Positions 1-8,975 of a stretch of DNA of 32,000 bases are shown in pieces; position 1 is the first letter of the stretch, and every line of letters begins with the position of its first letter. Source of the stretch: an uncultured archaeon (GTDB lineage Archaea > Asgardarchaeota > Lokiarchaeia > Sigyniarchaeales > Promethearchaeaceae); the NCBI GenBank assembly GCA_964426185.1, contig CAYRPF010000016.1:16191-48190 (forward strand), given 5' to 3'. Under the pieces are notes generated by a model, which did not search any database, was not told the DNA's origin, and saw only the letters and a program-made list of their open reading frames with translations. Position numbers and translations under genes: made by a program.

Positions 1-2
1 AT

Positions 3-95
3 AATAAGAAATTAGTGCATCGACAGGTAGGAATGGCACCAAAGCCGCAATTTGCGCAGATCATTGATGCAGTTTTGAAGAAAATTAAGCAATAA
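3..95 (+). CDS. 3' end of a probable thioredoxin-family protein (partial)
   Basis: Frame from nt 3 reads NKKLVHRQVGMAPKPQFAQIIDAVLKKIKQ*, matching the thioredoxin C-terminal pattern (..V.R.VG..PK..+helix). The CxxC site lies outside the window. Confidence 0.6.
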   Translation, partial: NKKLVHRQVGMAPKPQFAQIIDAVLKKIKQ

Positions 96-260
96 GCAAC
101 AATCGATATTACCTATAATTTGAGCAGAATCCCTTTTTTTTCAAATTCTATCAAATAGAGAATTTTACACCGATTCATTTGTTTGCACGCTACCTGCACT
201 TAGCAAATTTTTTTAATTAAGAAAATCAGAAAATGAAAAGAAATTTTTAGGAAGATCGTT

Positions 261-689
261 ATGGTTACCTTAGAAATCAAGATGAACGATAACCACGCCA
301 TGCACGAATTTGAGCAAATCCTACGTTCCGTATTCCACTTGACAAAAAAAGATGTCGAATGTTTCATGAAACTGCGTAAATTCGGGTCCGATGGAACATG
401 TGTACAGAATCTTACTAATCAAACCAATACCGATCGGAGCGTAGAACAAAAGAAACTTAACAAATTACGTGAACTTGGCTTGGTGACTCGTGTTCAGCTT
501 ACTTTGAGTCAATTTCAAGATCGATGTTCTCAAAATCAGCGGGAAGAATTAGCGCCTAGCACGAAAAAAGGGTATCTCTACGTTTACAGAACAATACCTG
601 ATTCGGAATTGTATGAAAAAATACAAAATACCACCACTGATTGGCTGAAAATTCTGAGAGACATATTTCTTTTAAGCGTTCAAGAGTAA
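261..689 (+). CDS. TrmB/COG3355-like winged-helix transcriptional regulator
   Basis: LTKKDVECFMKL, HTH-like DRSVEQKKLNKLRELGLVTR and wing KKGYLYVY..PDSELYEKI. Carries an insertion of about 20 aa in the wing. Confidence 0.7.
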   Translation: MVTLEIKMNDNHAMHEFEQILRSVFHLTKKDVECFMKLRKFGSDGTCVQNLTNQTNTDRSVEQKKLNKLRELGLVTRVQLTLSQFQDRCSQNQREELAPSTKKGYLYVYRTIPDSELYEKIQNTTTDWLKILRDIFLLSVQE

Positions 690-793
690 CTAAAAAATTT
701 GAGTCTCCATAACCCAAATCATTTTAAGGTAAATGATCACAATATAAAGTATAGAGTTTTTGCACTAGTTAATAAAAAGGGATCGAATACACC

Positions 794-1324
794 ATGGTTG
801 ACTTCGTTTTAAAAATTGTACTATTAGGAGAAGGAGGGGTTGGAAAAACTTCTCTCGTTTACCGCTATATCGAAAATCGTTTCAGTCAAGATTTCAAATC
901 TACGCTCGGAGTAAACCTCTTGAAAAAAAAAGTTGCCTTGGAAGATGAATTTGCTGGAAAATCCGCATCAATTCAACTATGGGACTTAGGAGGACAAAGT
1001 GCGTATCGAAAACTCCGAAAATTGTATTTAGAAGGTTCTCAAGGTGCACTGGTGGTATTCGACGTTACTTCACGTGAAAGCTTCGAGGCGCTTGAGGATT
1101 GGATTGAATCTTTGATAGAGATTCGTGGCAAGGAGGTTCCCATGATTATAATTGGAAATAAGATAGATTTGGAACCAGATCGCGTTATTAGCGATGAAGA
1201 AGCGCGTGAATATGCGAAAAAATATAATACTGATGTGCTTTTTACTTCAGCTGCGACTGGTGAGAAAGTTGAAGATTCGTTTAAAGATTTAATTATGACA
1301 ATTGTTCGAAAAATTTCGACCTAA
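794..1324 (+). CDS. Rab-like small GTPase (Ras superfamily, Asgard eukaryotic signature protein)
   Basis: G1 GEGGVGKT, G2 STLGV, G3 WDLGGQ, G4 NKID, G5 SAAT. No C-terminal Cys prenylation motif. Confidence 0.95.
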   Translation: MVDFVLKIVLLGEGGVGKTSLVYRYIENRFSQDFKSTLGVNLLKKKVALEDEFAGKSASIQLWDLGGQSAYRKLRKLYLEGSQGALVVFDVTSRESFEALEDWIESLIEIRGKEVPMIIIGNKIDLEPDRVISDEEAREYAKKYNTDVLFTSAATGEKVEDSFKDLIMTIVRKIST

Positions 1325-1486
1325 GAATTATTTTTTTATTAATTTTGGGATATTCTTTTACACACATTGTTAGTAAATTAAAGTAATTTATGATTTCTCT
1401 CTAATCATGTATATAACGAAAAGTGAATTAAGAGTCAGTTAAAAAAAAAGAATAAGAAAAGAAAAATGAAAATGCATTAAGGGCGG

Positions 1487-2863
1487 TTATTCTACTAAAA
1501 TTTCGCCTTCCTTTTCAATTTCGGTTGTGCAATTCGATTCAATTTTCACATTGCTTGATGAATCGTCTTCTACAATGTTTTCATAGCGTCTAAAATCAAT
1601 TTTTGCAATCTGTTTTGTAAGCACAAATATCGTAATTACACTCATTGCTGTAATAGCACAAACCGAGAATAAATTACCAATTCCAAGCCAACTGGCGGCA
1701 ACTGGGGCCAATAACATCCCAACAGGACTGGCAATGGAACTTAAAGCCCGATCTAAAGCAAATACGCGCCCTTGTAACTCTTTTCGCACAGCAAGTTGGA
1801 TGTAGGTGAGATAAAAGGTGTTTATCACAGGAATGCCGAACAAGAAAACAAAACCCGCTGCAGAAACCAACCATAAGGTGCCTTTTGGTGCTAAACCTAT
1901 TATAAAATACCCTGTAAAAGCAATGTAATGCCATAGTATAAAGTGAAAGCGTTTATTTTTCCAATTCTTTTTGATTGACATCAATAATGATCCACCAATG
2001 ATACCAGCTTGAATGAAAAATCCGACGATGGCAAATTGAGTTGAAGTTCCATTATGTTCATAAAGAATTAAATATGAACTTAGCACGTTGATTGGCGTGA
2101 TTAGAAAATTGTTAAAAATTGCGGTTGCAATAAGTACCCATAATCCAGGTGTTTCTTTTACGGCCCGCATTCCTTCTTTTAAATCAATTAAGAAGGAAGA
2201 AACTTTTTTTTCAGCTAAAATGGCTTCTTTTGGTGAAGATTGCACTTTTGAAACATTTGGAATTGTAATGAAAAATAGTGGGATCATCGCGAAGCCAAAT
2301 GTAATCACATCTAACCACATTAGTTGCACGAGACTGAAATAATTCAATAATAATGCTCCCAATAAAGGTGCGCTCATTTGAACAAGCGTGTCTACAAGTC
2401 CTTTGATTCCATTCAGCTGGGAAAGCTTCTCATCAGGAACCATAGTCGACACTACAGCTGATGTAACTGGATAGTGAAAACAATTACCAATATATCTAAA
2501 TGCATATAAGATCATAAAAAGAATCATATTGGAAAGTAACCAAGGTGCTAAGATAATTAATACTAAAGTAACAAAAGCTTGCGATCCATCGGCGATTATT
2601 ATAAGTTTTTTACGATCATATTTATCTGCAACCACACCTGCAACAGGGCTTAGGATTATGTGGGGAAAGAATGAAATAACCATGAAAATTCCCATCAGCA
2701 TTGCATTTTCAGATTGTGAAGTCAGATACCAAGTAAAAGCAAATTGAACAATAGAGCTTCCGAATAAAGATACAAGTTGACCAATCCAGAAGAAAATGTA
2801 TTGGCGAAAAGTGTCAGAATTTTTGACAATTGTGGTGAGCTGTAAATTTTTTGTAGTTTCCAT
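1487..2863 (-). CDS. MFS transporter, DHA3/MefA-like efflux family
   Basis: FFWIGQLVSLFGSSIVQFA, motif A GVVADKYDRKK, QGRVFAL; about 12 hydrophobic segments. Confidence 0.85.
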   Translation of the reverse strand: METTKNLQLTTIVKNSDTFRQYIFFWIGQLVSLFGSSIVQFAFTWYLTSQSENAMLMGIFMVISFFPHIILSPVAGVVADKYDRKKLIIIADGSQAFVTLVLIILAPWLLSNMILFMILYAFRYIGNCFHYPVTSAVVSTMVPDEKLSQLNGIKGLVDTLVQMSAPLLGALLLNYFSLVQLMWLDVITFGFAMIPLFFITIPNVSKVQSSPKEAILAEKKVSSFLIDLKEGMRAVKETPGLWVLIATAIFNNFLITPINVLSSYLILYEHNGTSTQFAIVGFFIQAGIIGGSLLMSIKKNWKNKRFHFILWHYIAFTGYFIIGLAPKGTLWLVSAAGFVFLFGIPVINTFYLTYIQLAVRKELQGRVFALDRALSSIASPVGMLLAPVAASWLGIGNLFSVCAITAMSVITIFVLTKQIAKIDFRRYENIVEDDSSSNVKIESNCTTEIEKEGEILVE

Positions 2864-3389
2864 TTTGATGTTTCACCTTAAATGGGGAAAAAACGAATCA
2901 AAAATCCACTTCTCAATAAAATTATAGTTATATGTAAATATTTACCACATTTTAAAATCTTGCAGAAGATTTTGCAAATCTGCAGATATGAAGCAATAAG
3001 GATTTAAGATTTTTCTTCCTAATATTGTGATACACACTCCAATATTTAAATGTTGTGTATTAGTGTGTAATAATAAGGTATAACCGACTTACTTTTTTGT
3101 AACAATGTATAATTTATTAATATTTTGCTTTAATTGTAATCCGGTATTTCACTGTATTAACTCTTTGGAGTTATTAATTAACTTAATTGCCATTTAAGCA
3201 ATGTATTTGAAAGGTTACAACCATAATGGCTTCAATTTTTAATTATAAAAATTAGAATTCCTTTCATTATGATACACACTCACTCACAAGTGATCTTTTT
3301 TCAAAATTCTTTCCGAATTATAACGAAAACGGAAAACGATTATTTCAATTAAAATTTATAACTTCGTTGGATTAAATTTTCATAAGCGT

Positions 3390-4682
3390 ATGTTAACAAA
3401 GCCAATTACCACTCGTTTTTTAATTAGCATTTCGATCCTGGCGTGGATAGGTGATTTTTGCAATTCGATACTGGATGTATTGTATATTTTCTATACGGTA
3501 GAACTCGGATTTGCACCTGGACCAATTGGTTTAATCTCTTCTACTTACGGTATTTCCTATGTTATCGGGGCCATTATTTTCGGTAGATTAATCGATAAAT
3601 TGCCTCATAAAACAAGCCTTCTGATTGCTACAGGGGGACAAGTGGTAATTTCCAGCAGTTACATATTCTTAATTATTTTTTCAACGCATCTTCCTAATAT
3701 TTTGTTGTGGATTTTAGCCGGACAGGTAATTCGTGCTTTGGTATATTCATTTTTTTGGCCCACCATCGAAATGCTATATTCAGAAATTGCTCAAGGAAAC
3801 AAACGATTACATGAACGTTTTATCAGCATATTTTGTATTTCTTGGTCTTTGGGTGCGGCTATGGGAACTTCTTTCGCAGGAATTTTTGGGGAATGGCTCA
3901 TATTGGGTGGTTTTATCAGTACAACGCTGATTTATGCAATTGGTTTTTTAATCGTATTTTTTGGAATCAACTCAAATATTAATTCTGGGGCAGATAATAG
4001 TGCAGCCGATAATCTCTCAAACCACCATCCCAAATCATCCTTTATGCAAGATGGAGATTCAGATAAGTCGGAAAATTCTTCCTCTCGAGTGATTTGGCTG
4101 ACATTGACAGGAACATTGGTGTTTGCCATTATATCCAAAGGACTTTTAGCATATGTTCCTAATTATGCCGTGATTCCTGAAGGATTGGGCTTATCGAATT
4201 TAATTTCTGGTCAAATTATTTTTGCATTTGGGATCGGTCGATTTTTGGGCTTTTTAGTGGGTCAATGGATTCCTAATTCCTTTCATAAATTGATTCAGAA
4301 TATTAGTATAATTGGAATTTTCATGATAGCAATGGCTTTTACTAAGAACTCTTGGCTTTTAGTGGGTGAACTTCTTATAGTTGGATATTTTGCAGGAAGA
4401 GTTTATTATATTGGGTTAGAAATGCTCATGAAATATGTTTCCCATGGGAAAGGTTCAAAAGCAAGTCTTTTCGAGAGTATTGTAGGGTTGGGCACGGTAT
4501 TTTCACCGTTCATTGCAGGATGGTTGGCAGAATTAAATGTAATTATTCCATTTTTCTTTTTTAGCATCATGGCGGGCTTAAGTGCTCTTTATTTAAGATT
4601 ACGGGGAAAATCATTGATTAAAAGCGAAATACACTTGAAGCAAAAGAATATTTCGAATTTTCGAGAGAAAAACAACACTTAA
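3390..4682 (+). CDS. MFS transporter
   Basis: Motif A GRLIDKLPHK; two hydrophobic halves separated by a polar central loop. Confidence 0.8.
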   Translation: MLTKPITTRFLISISILAWIGDFCNSILDVLYIFYTVELGFAPGPIGLISSTYGISYVIGAIIFGRLIDKLPHKTSLLIATGGQVVISSSYIFLIIFSTHLPNILLWILAGQVIRALVYSFFWPTIEMLYSEIAQGNKRLHERFISIFCISWSLGAAMGTSFAGIFGEWLILGGFISTTLIYAIGFLIVFFGINSNINSGADNSAADNLSNHHPKSSFMQDGDSDKSENSSSRVIWLTLTGTLVFAIISKGLLAYVPNYAVIPEGLGLSNLISGQIIFAFGIGRFLGFLVGQWIPNSFHKLIQNISIIGIFMIAMAFTKNSWLLVGELLIVGYFAGRVYYIGLEMLMKYVSHGKGSKASLFESIVGLGTVFSPFIAGWLAELNVIIPFFFFSIMAGLSALYLRLRGKSLIKSEIHLKQKNISNFREKNNT

Positions 4683-4717
4683 AGCAGAAGTAATATTTTG
4701 AATTTTCGAGAGAAAAA
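4631..4717. repeat. Imperfect tandem duplication, period about 44 bp
   Basis: acacttgaagcaaaag-aatatttcgaattttcgagagaaaaa (4631-4672) versus acacttaaagcagaagtaatattttgaattttcgagagaaaaa (4675-4717). Confidence 0.85.
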
Positions 4718-4719
4718 TT

Positions 4720-5019
4720 ATGGAACTTACTCGTGAAAATGTGTTACAAGTCTTAAAACCAGTAATGCATCCTATGATTAATGCTTCTTTGCTGGATCTT
4801 GATATTATCAAAGATGTTCAAGTGAAAGATGGTGAAATACACATGGTTATGGCCATGCCATTTGCGCAAATTTATGAGAATGTAAAAAGGGTTTTAATTG
4901 AAGCTGCAACTCAACCTTTGGCCGTATTTGATGCCAAAGTAAAAGTTAAGTTAACTATTATGGACGATGCGGCTCGAGAGCGTTTTTTGGAATTAGAAAA
5001 TAAAAATTGGAAGCAGTAA
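4720..5019 (+). CDS. DUF59/MIP18 (SufT/PaaD-like) family protein, Cys-less variant
   Basis: Size and pattern REN VLQVLKPVMHPMINASLLDLDIIKDVQV match the DUF59 fold (..L..V.DPE...SIVDLG.I..V.V). The canonical Cys is absent. Confidence 0.75.
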   Translation: MELTRENVLQVLKPVMHPMINASLLDLDIIKDVQVKDGEIHMVMAMPFAQIYENVKRVLIEAATQPLAVFDAKVKVKLTIMDDAARERFLELENKNWKQ

Positions 5020-5307
5020 TTGTTACCATTCATTTTCATTATTCATTTCTTACTTCTCTTTAATTATTATTCAAACGATTTAAGAATTTAATGGAAGAAT
5101 AATACAATAACGCTTCCAAAATTCTATTTCCATGCTGTAACTGTACCCCCATTAATCGATGACGGTAAGCCTCAACTGTGTTTCCATATAAATTGCCAAT
5201 TGTAATCATCCAACACGAAGCTATAATTTGCTTAGTTCGATGTAATCCATAGTATCTTAGCAATTTCTTGACTGTTTTTTTCACCGAATGTAGGCGAAGA
5301 CTTCACT

Positions 5308-5345
5308 TTTTTAAGATTCGAGTGAATTTTTAAGATTCGAGTGAA
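5308..5345. repeat. Perfect 19-bp tandem repeat, two copies
   Basis: tttttaagattcgagtgaa at 5308-5326 and 5327-5345. Confidence 0.9.
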
Positions 5346-5388
5346 TTAAAAAAAAATAGAGATAAACAATGCAGAAAAATTAATCAAG

Positions 5389-5682
5389 CTATAATAATTT
5401 CTCAATTTCATTAATCCGATTCCAAATTTTCACACCTTTCTCAGTTAAATAAATTACTTTATTATTTTCTTTATCTAATTTATAAGCGATTAAATTATGT
5501 TTTAATAAATCACTTTTTACCCGGAAGAATATATTTGGATAAGAATTAGAATTTGTTAATCGTTTGAAGAAAAGGGATTGTTGTAATTCAAAATTTGGAC
5601 ATTCTGCTAAAATTTCCAAGGTTTCAGAAAAACCGCGTCGACGAAATAATTTGAAGAAATTTGTACCTGAATTGTTTGACAT
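5389..5682 (-). CDS. Small winged-helix DNA-binding protein (MarR/HxlR-like)
   Basis: C-terminal LLKHNLI...KVIYLTEKGVKI wing/helix signature; purine-rich AAGAAGGA upstream of the ATG. Confidence 0.7.
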   Translation of the reverse strand: MSNNSGTNFFKLFRRRGFSETLEILAECPNFELQQSLFFKRLTNSNSYPNIFFRVKSDLLKHNLIAYKLDKENNKVIYLTEKGVKIWNRINEIEKLL

Positions 5683-5783
5683 TGATAATTCCTTCTTTGT
5701 ATTTTTGTTAAGTATCCTCCCTTAGTAGTAATGTCAGAGAAGTTGAATATAAAAAAATCGAATCCTATTTAAAAATTTGGAAA

Positions 5784-5798
5784 GGTAGATTTTCTACC
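5784..5798. promoter_or_regulatory. Putative palindromic operator GGTAGA-ttt-TCTACC
   Basis: Perfect 6-3-6 inverted repeat between the divergent wHTH gene and the flavoprotein gene. Confidence 0.4.
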
Positions 5799-5905
5799 AT
5801 CGTAGGATCATTTCATTATTGATGGATTGAAAGATAAATACTGCCCGAAACAGAATGAGGAGAAAATTTCAAAAGGGAAGAATATTTGCATGAATATGAA
5901 TACAT

Positions 5906-7291
5906 ATGGGTGAAAAAATCTCATCAACTCAAGTTGATTTTGCCATTATAGGAGCGGGAATGGCGGGTTGCAAAATTGCATATCATCTATCCCAATTTGC
6001 TTCTTGCGTCCTAATAGAACAATCCTCACCAATAAAACCCTATTTAAATGCGAAAGTTATGTGCAAACATTCTTGGAATTGGTATTCTGAATTAGATATT
6101 GGTAATTCAAGCAATTGTCAAATTTCTACTTTGTCTCATTGGAAGACAATTTATGCCAGCCGAGAACATGAAGCCATTATTGACGGTCATGAATTTCAAG
6201 AGCAATTAGGTGTGGTGTTTAATGAATATGAACTGCGAGATTGGTACTTGAGTCATGCAGACAGAAATAATTTTGAAATTTTCTGGAATCAAAAATGCAT
6301 TGAGGCAAAACGAATTTCTTCTACTCAAGTCGGTGACCAAAAGTGGAAAATAATCAGTCAATCCACCTTGCGACCAAAAGATAAAACAGATGAATCTAAA
6401 ACTATAGTTTTTTTGGCTAAATGTGTGATTTTGGCAACAGGTTCCACAGAATTAGATGTTCCCAATAATATTCAAAGTGTTTTTGGGTTTGAACCGTTAA
6501 AACAGCTGCATTCAATTAGCTACTCATTTTCGGCATCGCCTGAGATTCTCGACCAAAATTTGCCTGTACAATATATTTATCGACTTCATCCACAAGTTAG
6601 TTTGAAGGGAATGTTGTTTTTAAACCGTACGGTAGAATTCTTTACAATAGGGTTTGTTGACGATGCGTCCTATCCCGAAATGTCCACCAAATTTCATCGT
6701 ATACTTCGAAATTATAAACCCATTCAAAGATATTTCAAAGATGTCACACCCAATCCAAACACATTAACCGATAAGGATTTTCATTATGGCACTACTTGCG
6801 TAGGGCAAATTTCTTCTATAGTTAAAGACGGCGTTATAGCAATTGGAGATGCTGCTGGATTGCTCTACTCCATGTATTTCGAAGGAACTTTAGGAATTGG
6901 AGCTTCAACAAACATCCTTGCAGAAGAATTACAGTCAATATTGCAAAACGGAGAAAATTTCTCTTCTTTCAATTTAAAATCCTATGAGGATCGTGTAAAT
7001 CGCGAAATTAGCGAGCGTTATCTTTTAGCAGGTAGAATGGCTAAAGAATTATTTTATCAATTCGGTGAGAGCCCACCATTTTCAATTTGGGATGTGTATC
7101 TTCAAAATATCAATGATCTTTCTCAAGTTCGAAAAAATATTCATGATGCTTATGTTAATCCCAATCTGAAAGAATATCCACTTGATAATGACTTTTGGGT
7201 GGGTGAGCAGCTCTTTCATCGTCTTCCCTCCATGAAAAAGGTGGTTTTACTCCCAAAATTTCTGCAATTTAAGCTAAAATATTCCTCCTAA
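5906..7291 (+). CDS. FAD-dependent oxidoreductase, geranylgeranyl reductase/FixC-like superfamily
   Basis: IIGAGMAG Rossmann motif, VILATG, and the IGDAAG flavin-binding motif. Confidence 0.75.
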   Translation: MGEKISSTQVDFAIIGAGMAGCKIAYHLSQFASCVLIEQSSPIKPYLNAKVMCKHSWNWYSELDIGNSSNCQISTLSHWKTIYASREHEAIIDGHEFQEQLGVVFNEYELRDWYLSHADRNNFEIFWNQKCIEAKRISSTQVGDQKWKIISQSTLRPKDKTDESKTIVFLAKCVILATGSTELDVPNNIQSVFGFEPLKQLHSISYSFSASPEILDQNLPVQYIYRLHPQVSLKGMLFLNRTVEFFTIGFVDDASYPEMSTKFHRILRNYKPIQRYFKDVTPNPNTLTDKDFHYGTTCVGQISSIVKDGVIAIGDAAGLLYSMYFEGTLGIGASTNILAEELQSILQNGENFSSFNLKSYEDRVNREISERYLLAGRMAKELFYQFGESPPFSIWDVYLQNINDLSQVRKNIHDAYVNPNLKEYPLDNDFWVGEQLFHRLPSMKKVVLLPKFLQFKLKYSS

Positions 7292-7472
7292 TAAATACTA
7301 TTTTTTCAAATATCACAAAAATGTAAATCATAATTTTTATCTACTTTCAGAACGAGCTATTATTACCTCTTACTTGAGTGAAAATTTAACCCCGCTTCAA
7401 GGTTTTTGCTTTTACAGATGTAAAAGTTTAATTAAAACTTGAAGTGGTGAAATTTAGTGTAGTTGATAAAAA

Positions 7473-8963
7473 ATGACCGAAGAAGGAAAAGATAGTCATC
7501 TAGTTACCGAAGAACCTATTTTTAAGCCTCGAATGTCCCCAAATAAACCTGGAAAATTGAAATATGGGCGCACTTTCTTAATCGGGCTAGCGTTTTTCTG
7601 TTCATCGTTGGCGTGGAATTATTACAATTTCATAATGCCCATACTTTTAAAAGATTACTATAAAAGCATGGGATTGATACAAGGAATTGACACTGCAATC
7701 GGAGTGGTTATGATTTTAGATAACATTATCGCTATCGTTTTGCTGCCTATATTTGGAGCTCTATCAGATAAAACCAAATCGAAATTTGGTAAACGAATGC
7801 CTTATATCTTGATAGGTGCAAGTTCCGCAATCATTGCCTTTTCAGTAATTGGATTATTATCCCAAAATCGAGGAGTAGCCGCTTTTGTCGGATTTATTTC
7901 TGTGGTGATGTGGTTTAATTTATCCATGGCATTTTTCCGTAGTGCCAGTGTTTCATTAATGCCTGATTTGACAGATCCGGAGGTTCGTTCAACAGGAAAT
8001 GCCATTATTAATTTGATGGGTGCATTTGCTATGGTTATTGCCTTAATTGGACCAACATTAATGGGAATGATTTATGATGTTCGATGGATTTCATTTGAAA
8101 ATAAGTCACGCGCTGGTGGCTTTTATTATGTAAGCATTTTGACAGCACTTGCATTAATTATTTTGTTTTTGACCATTAAAGAAACACCTACAGGTAAAAA
8201 ATTCATGGAAATAGGAGATCATCCTATCGCTGTTGATCCGATTACCTTAGAATATATCGGAGAAAATGTTGAAGAGAACAAGCAAAAAGAAACCATTTGG
8301 CAGAGTCTGAAAGCAATTTTCACTGAAAAAGAAAAAAGTGCGATCTTCATGCTTTTAGTGATTTTTACCTGGTTTTTGGGTTATAACGCCATGGATACGT
8401 ATTATTCTCTCTATGCTACTCAATTATTGGGTTGGGAAGAGTCTAGTGCTTCACAAGCTTTAATGGTTGCTCCAATAACCATGATTATCACCGCGGTATT
8501 TTCGGGAAAATTAGCTGAAAAAATTGGCCGAAAGCGAACCATCTTTATCGGTTTAATCGGATTGAGTGCAACTATTTTAGTCCTTATGTTTGTGAAAACC
8601 TTTATCTTAGTGGTTATTCTCATTGCCATCGTGGGGGTTTTCTATGGAATGATAAATATTAACACCATTGTAATTATATGGCAAATGGCTCCCGAAGGTA
8701 AATTAGGGACATACACTGGTGCTTACTACTTTTTCAGTCAAATGTCAGCAACAGTTGGGCCATTAGCTGCTGGAGTGACCTTTGATATCTATAAAAGCAT
8801 TACAAATGCAGTTGAAGGAACTCAATATGTAATGTTATTCCCATATTTGGTGTTTTGGGAATTAGTTGCTATGGTATTTCTCAGCCGTGTAAAAAGAGGT
8901 GAGACAAAAAAGTTTTCTGAGAAGAAATTGGCCGAGTTGCGCGATAAATATGAGGAGGATTAA
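7473..8963 (+). CDS. MFS/GPH-type sugar (glycoside) transporter
   Basis: GALSDKTKSKFGKRMPYI, SLMPDLT..RSTGNAIINLMG, GKLAEKIGRKR, GTYTGAYYFFSQ; MalT-like. Confidence 0.85.
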   Translation: MTEEGKDSHLVTEEPIFKPRMSPNKPGKLKYGRTFLIGLAFFCSSLAWNYYNFIMPILLKDYYKSMGLIQGIDTAIGVVMILDNIIAIVLLPIFGALSDKTKSKFGKRMPYILIGASSAIIAFSVIGLLSQNRGVAAFVGFISVVMWFNLSMAFFRSASVSLMPDLTDPEVRSTGNAIINLMGAFAMVIALIGPTLMGMIYDVRWISFENKSRAGGFYYVSILTALALIILFLTIKETPTGKKFMEIGDHPIAVDPITLEYIGENVEENKQKETIWQSLKAIFTEKEKSAIFMLLVIFTWFLGYNAMDTYYSLYATQLLGWEESSASQALMVAPITMIITAVFSGKLAEKIGRKRTIFIGLIGLSATILVLMFVKTFILVVILIAIVGVFYGMININTIVIIWQMAPEGKLGTYTGAYYFFSQMSATVGPLAAGVTFDIYKSITNAVEGTQYVMLFPYLVFWELVAMVFLSRVKRGETKKFSEKKLAELRDKYEED

Positions 8964-8975
8964 AGGAGGGAACAA

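Noticed and set aside
181-770. Recurrent TTTGCAC motif (near 182, 758 and inverted near 11281) as a regulon site
   Set aside because: Too short to distinguish from chance without genome-wide statistics.
5308-5345. 19-bp repeats as a CRISPR array
   Set aside because: Only two abutting copies, no spacers, no cas genes.
5285-5345. Selenocysteine readthrough of the TGA at 5303-5305 extending ORF 5060-5284
   Set aside because: The upstream frame runs into the tandem repeat and A/T tracts; there is no selenoprotein-like motif and no recognisable SECIS.
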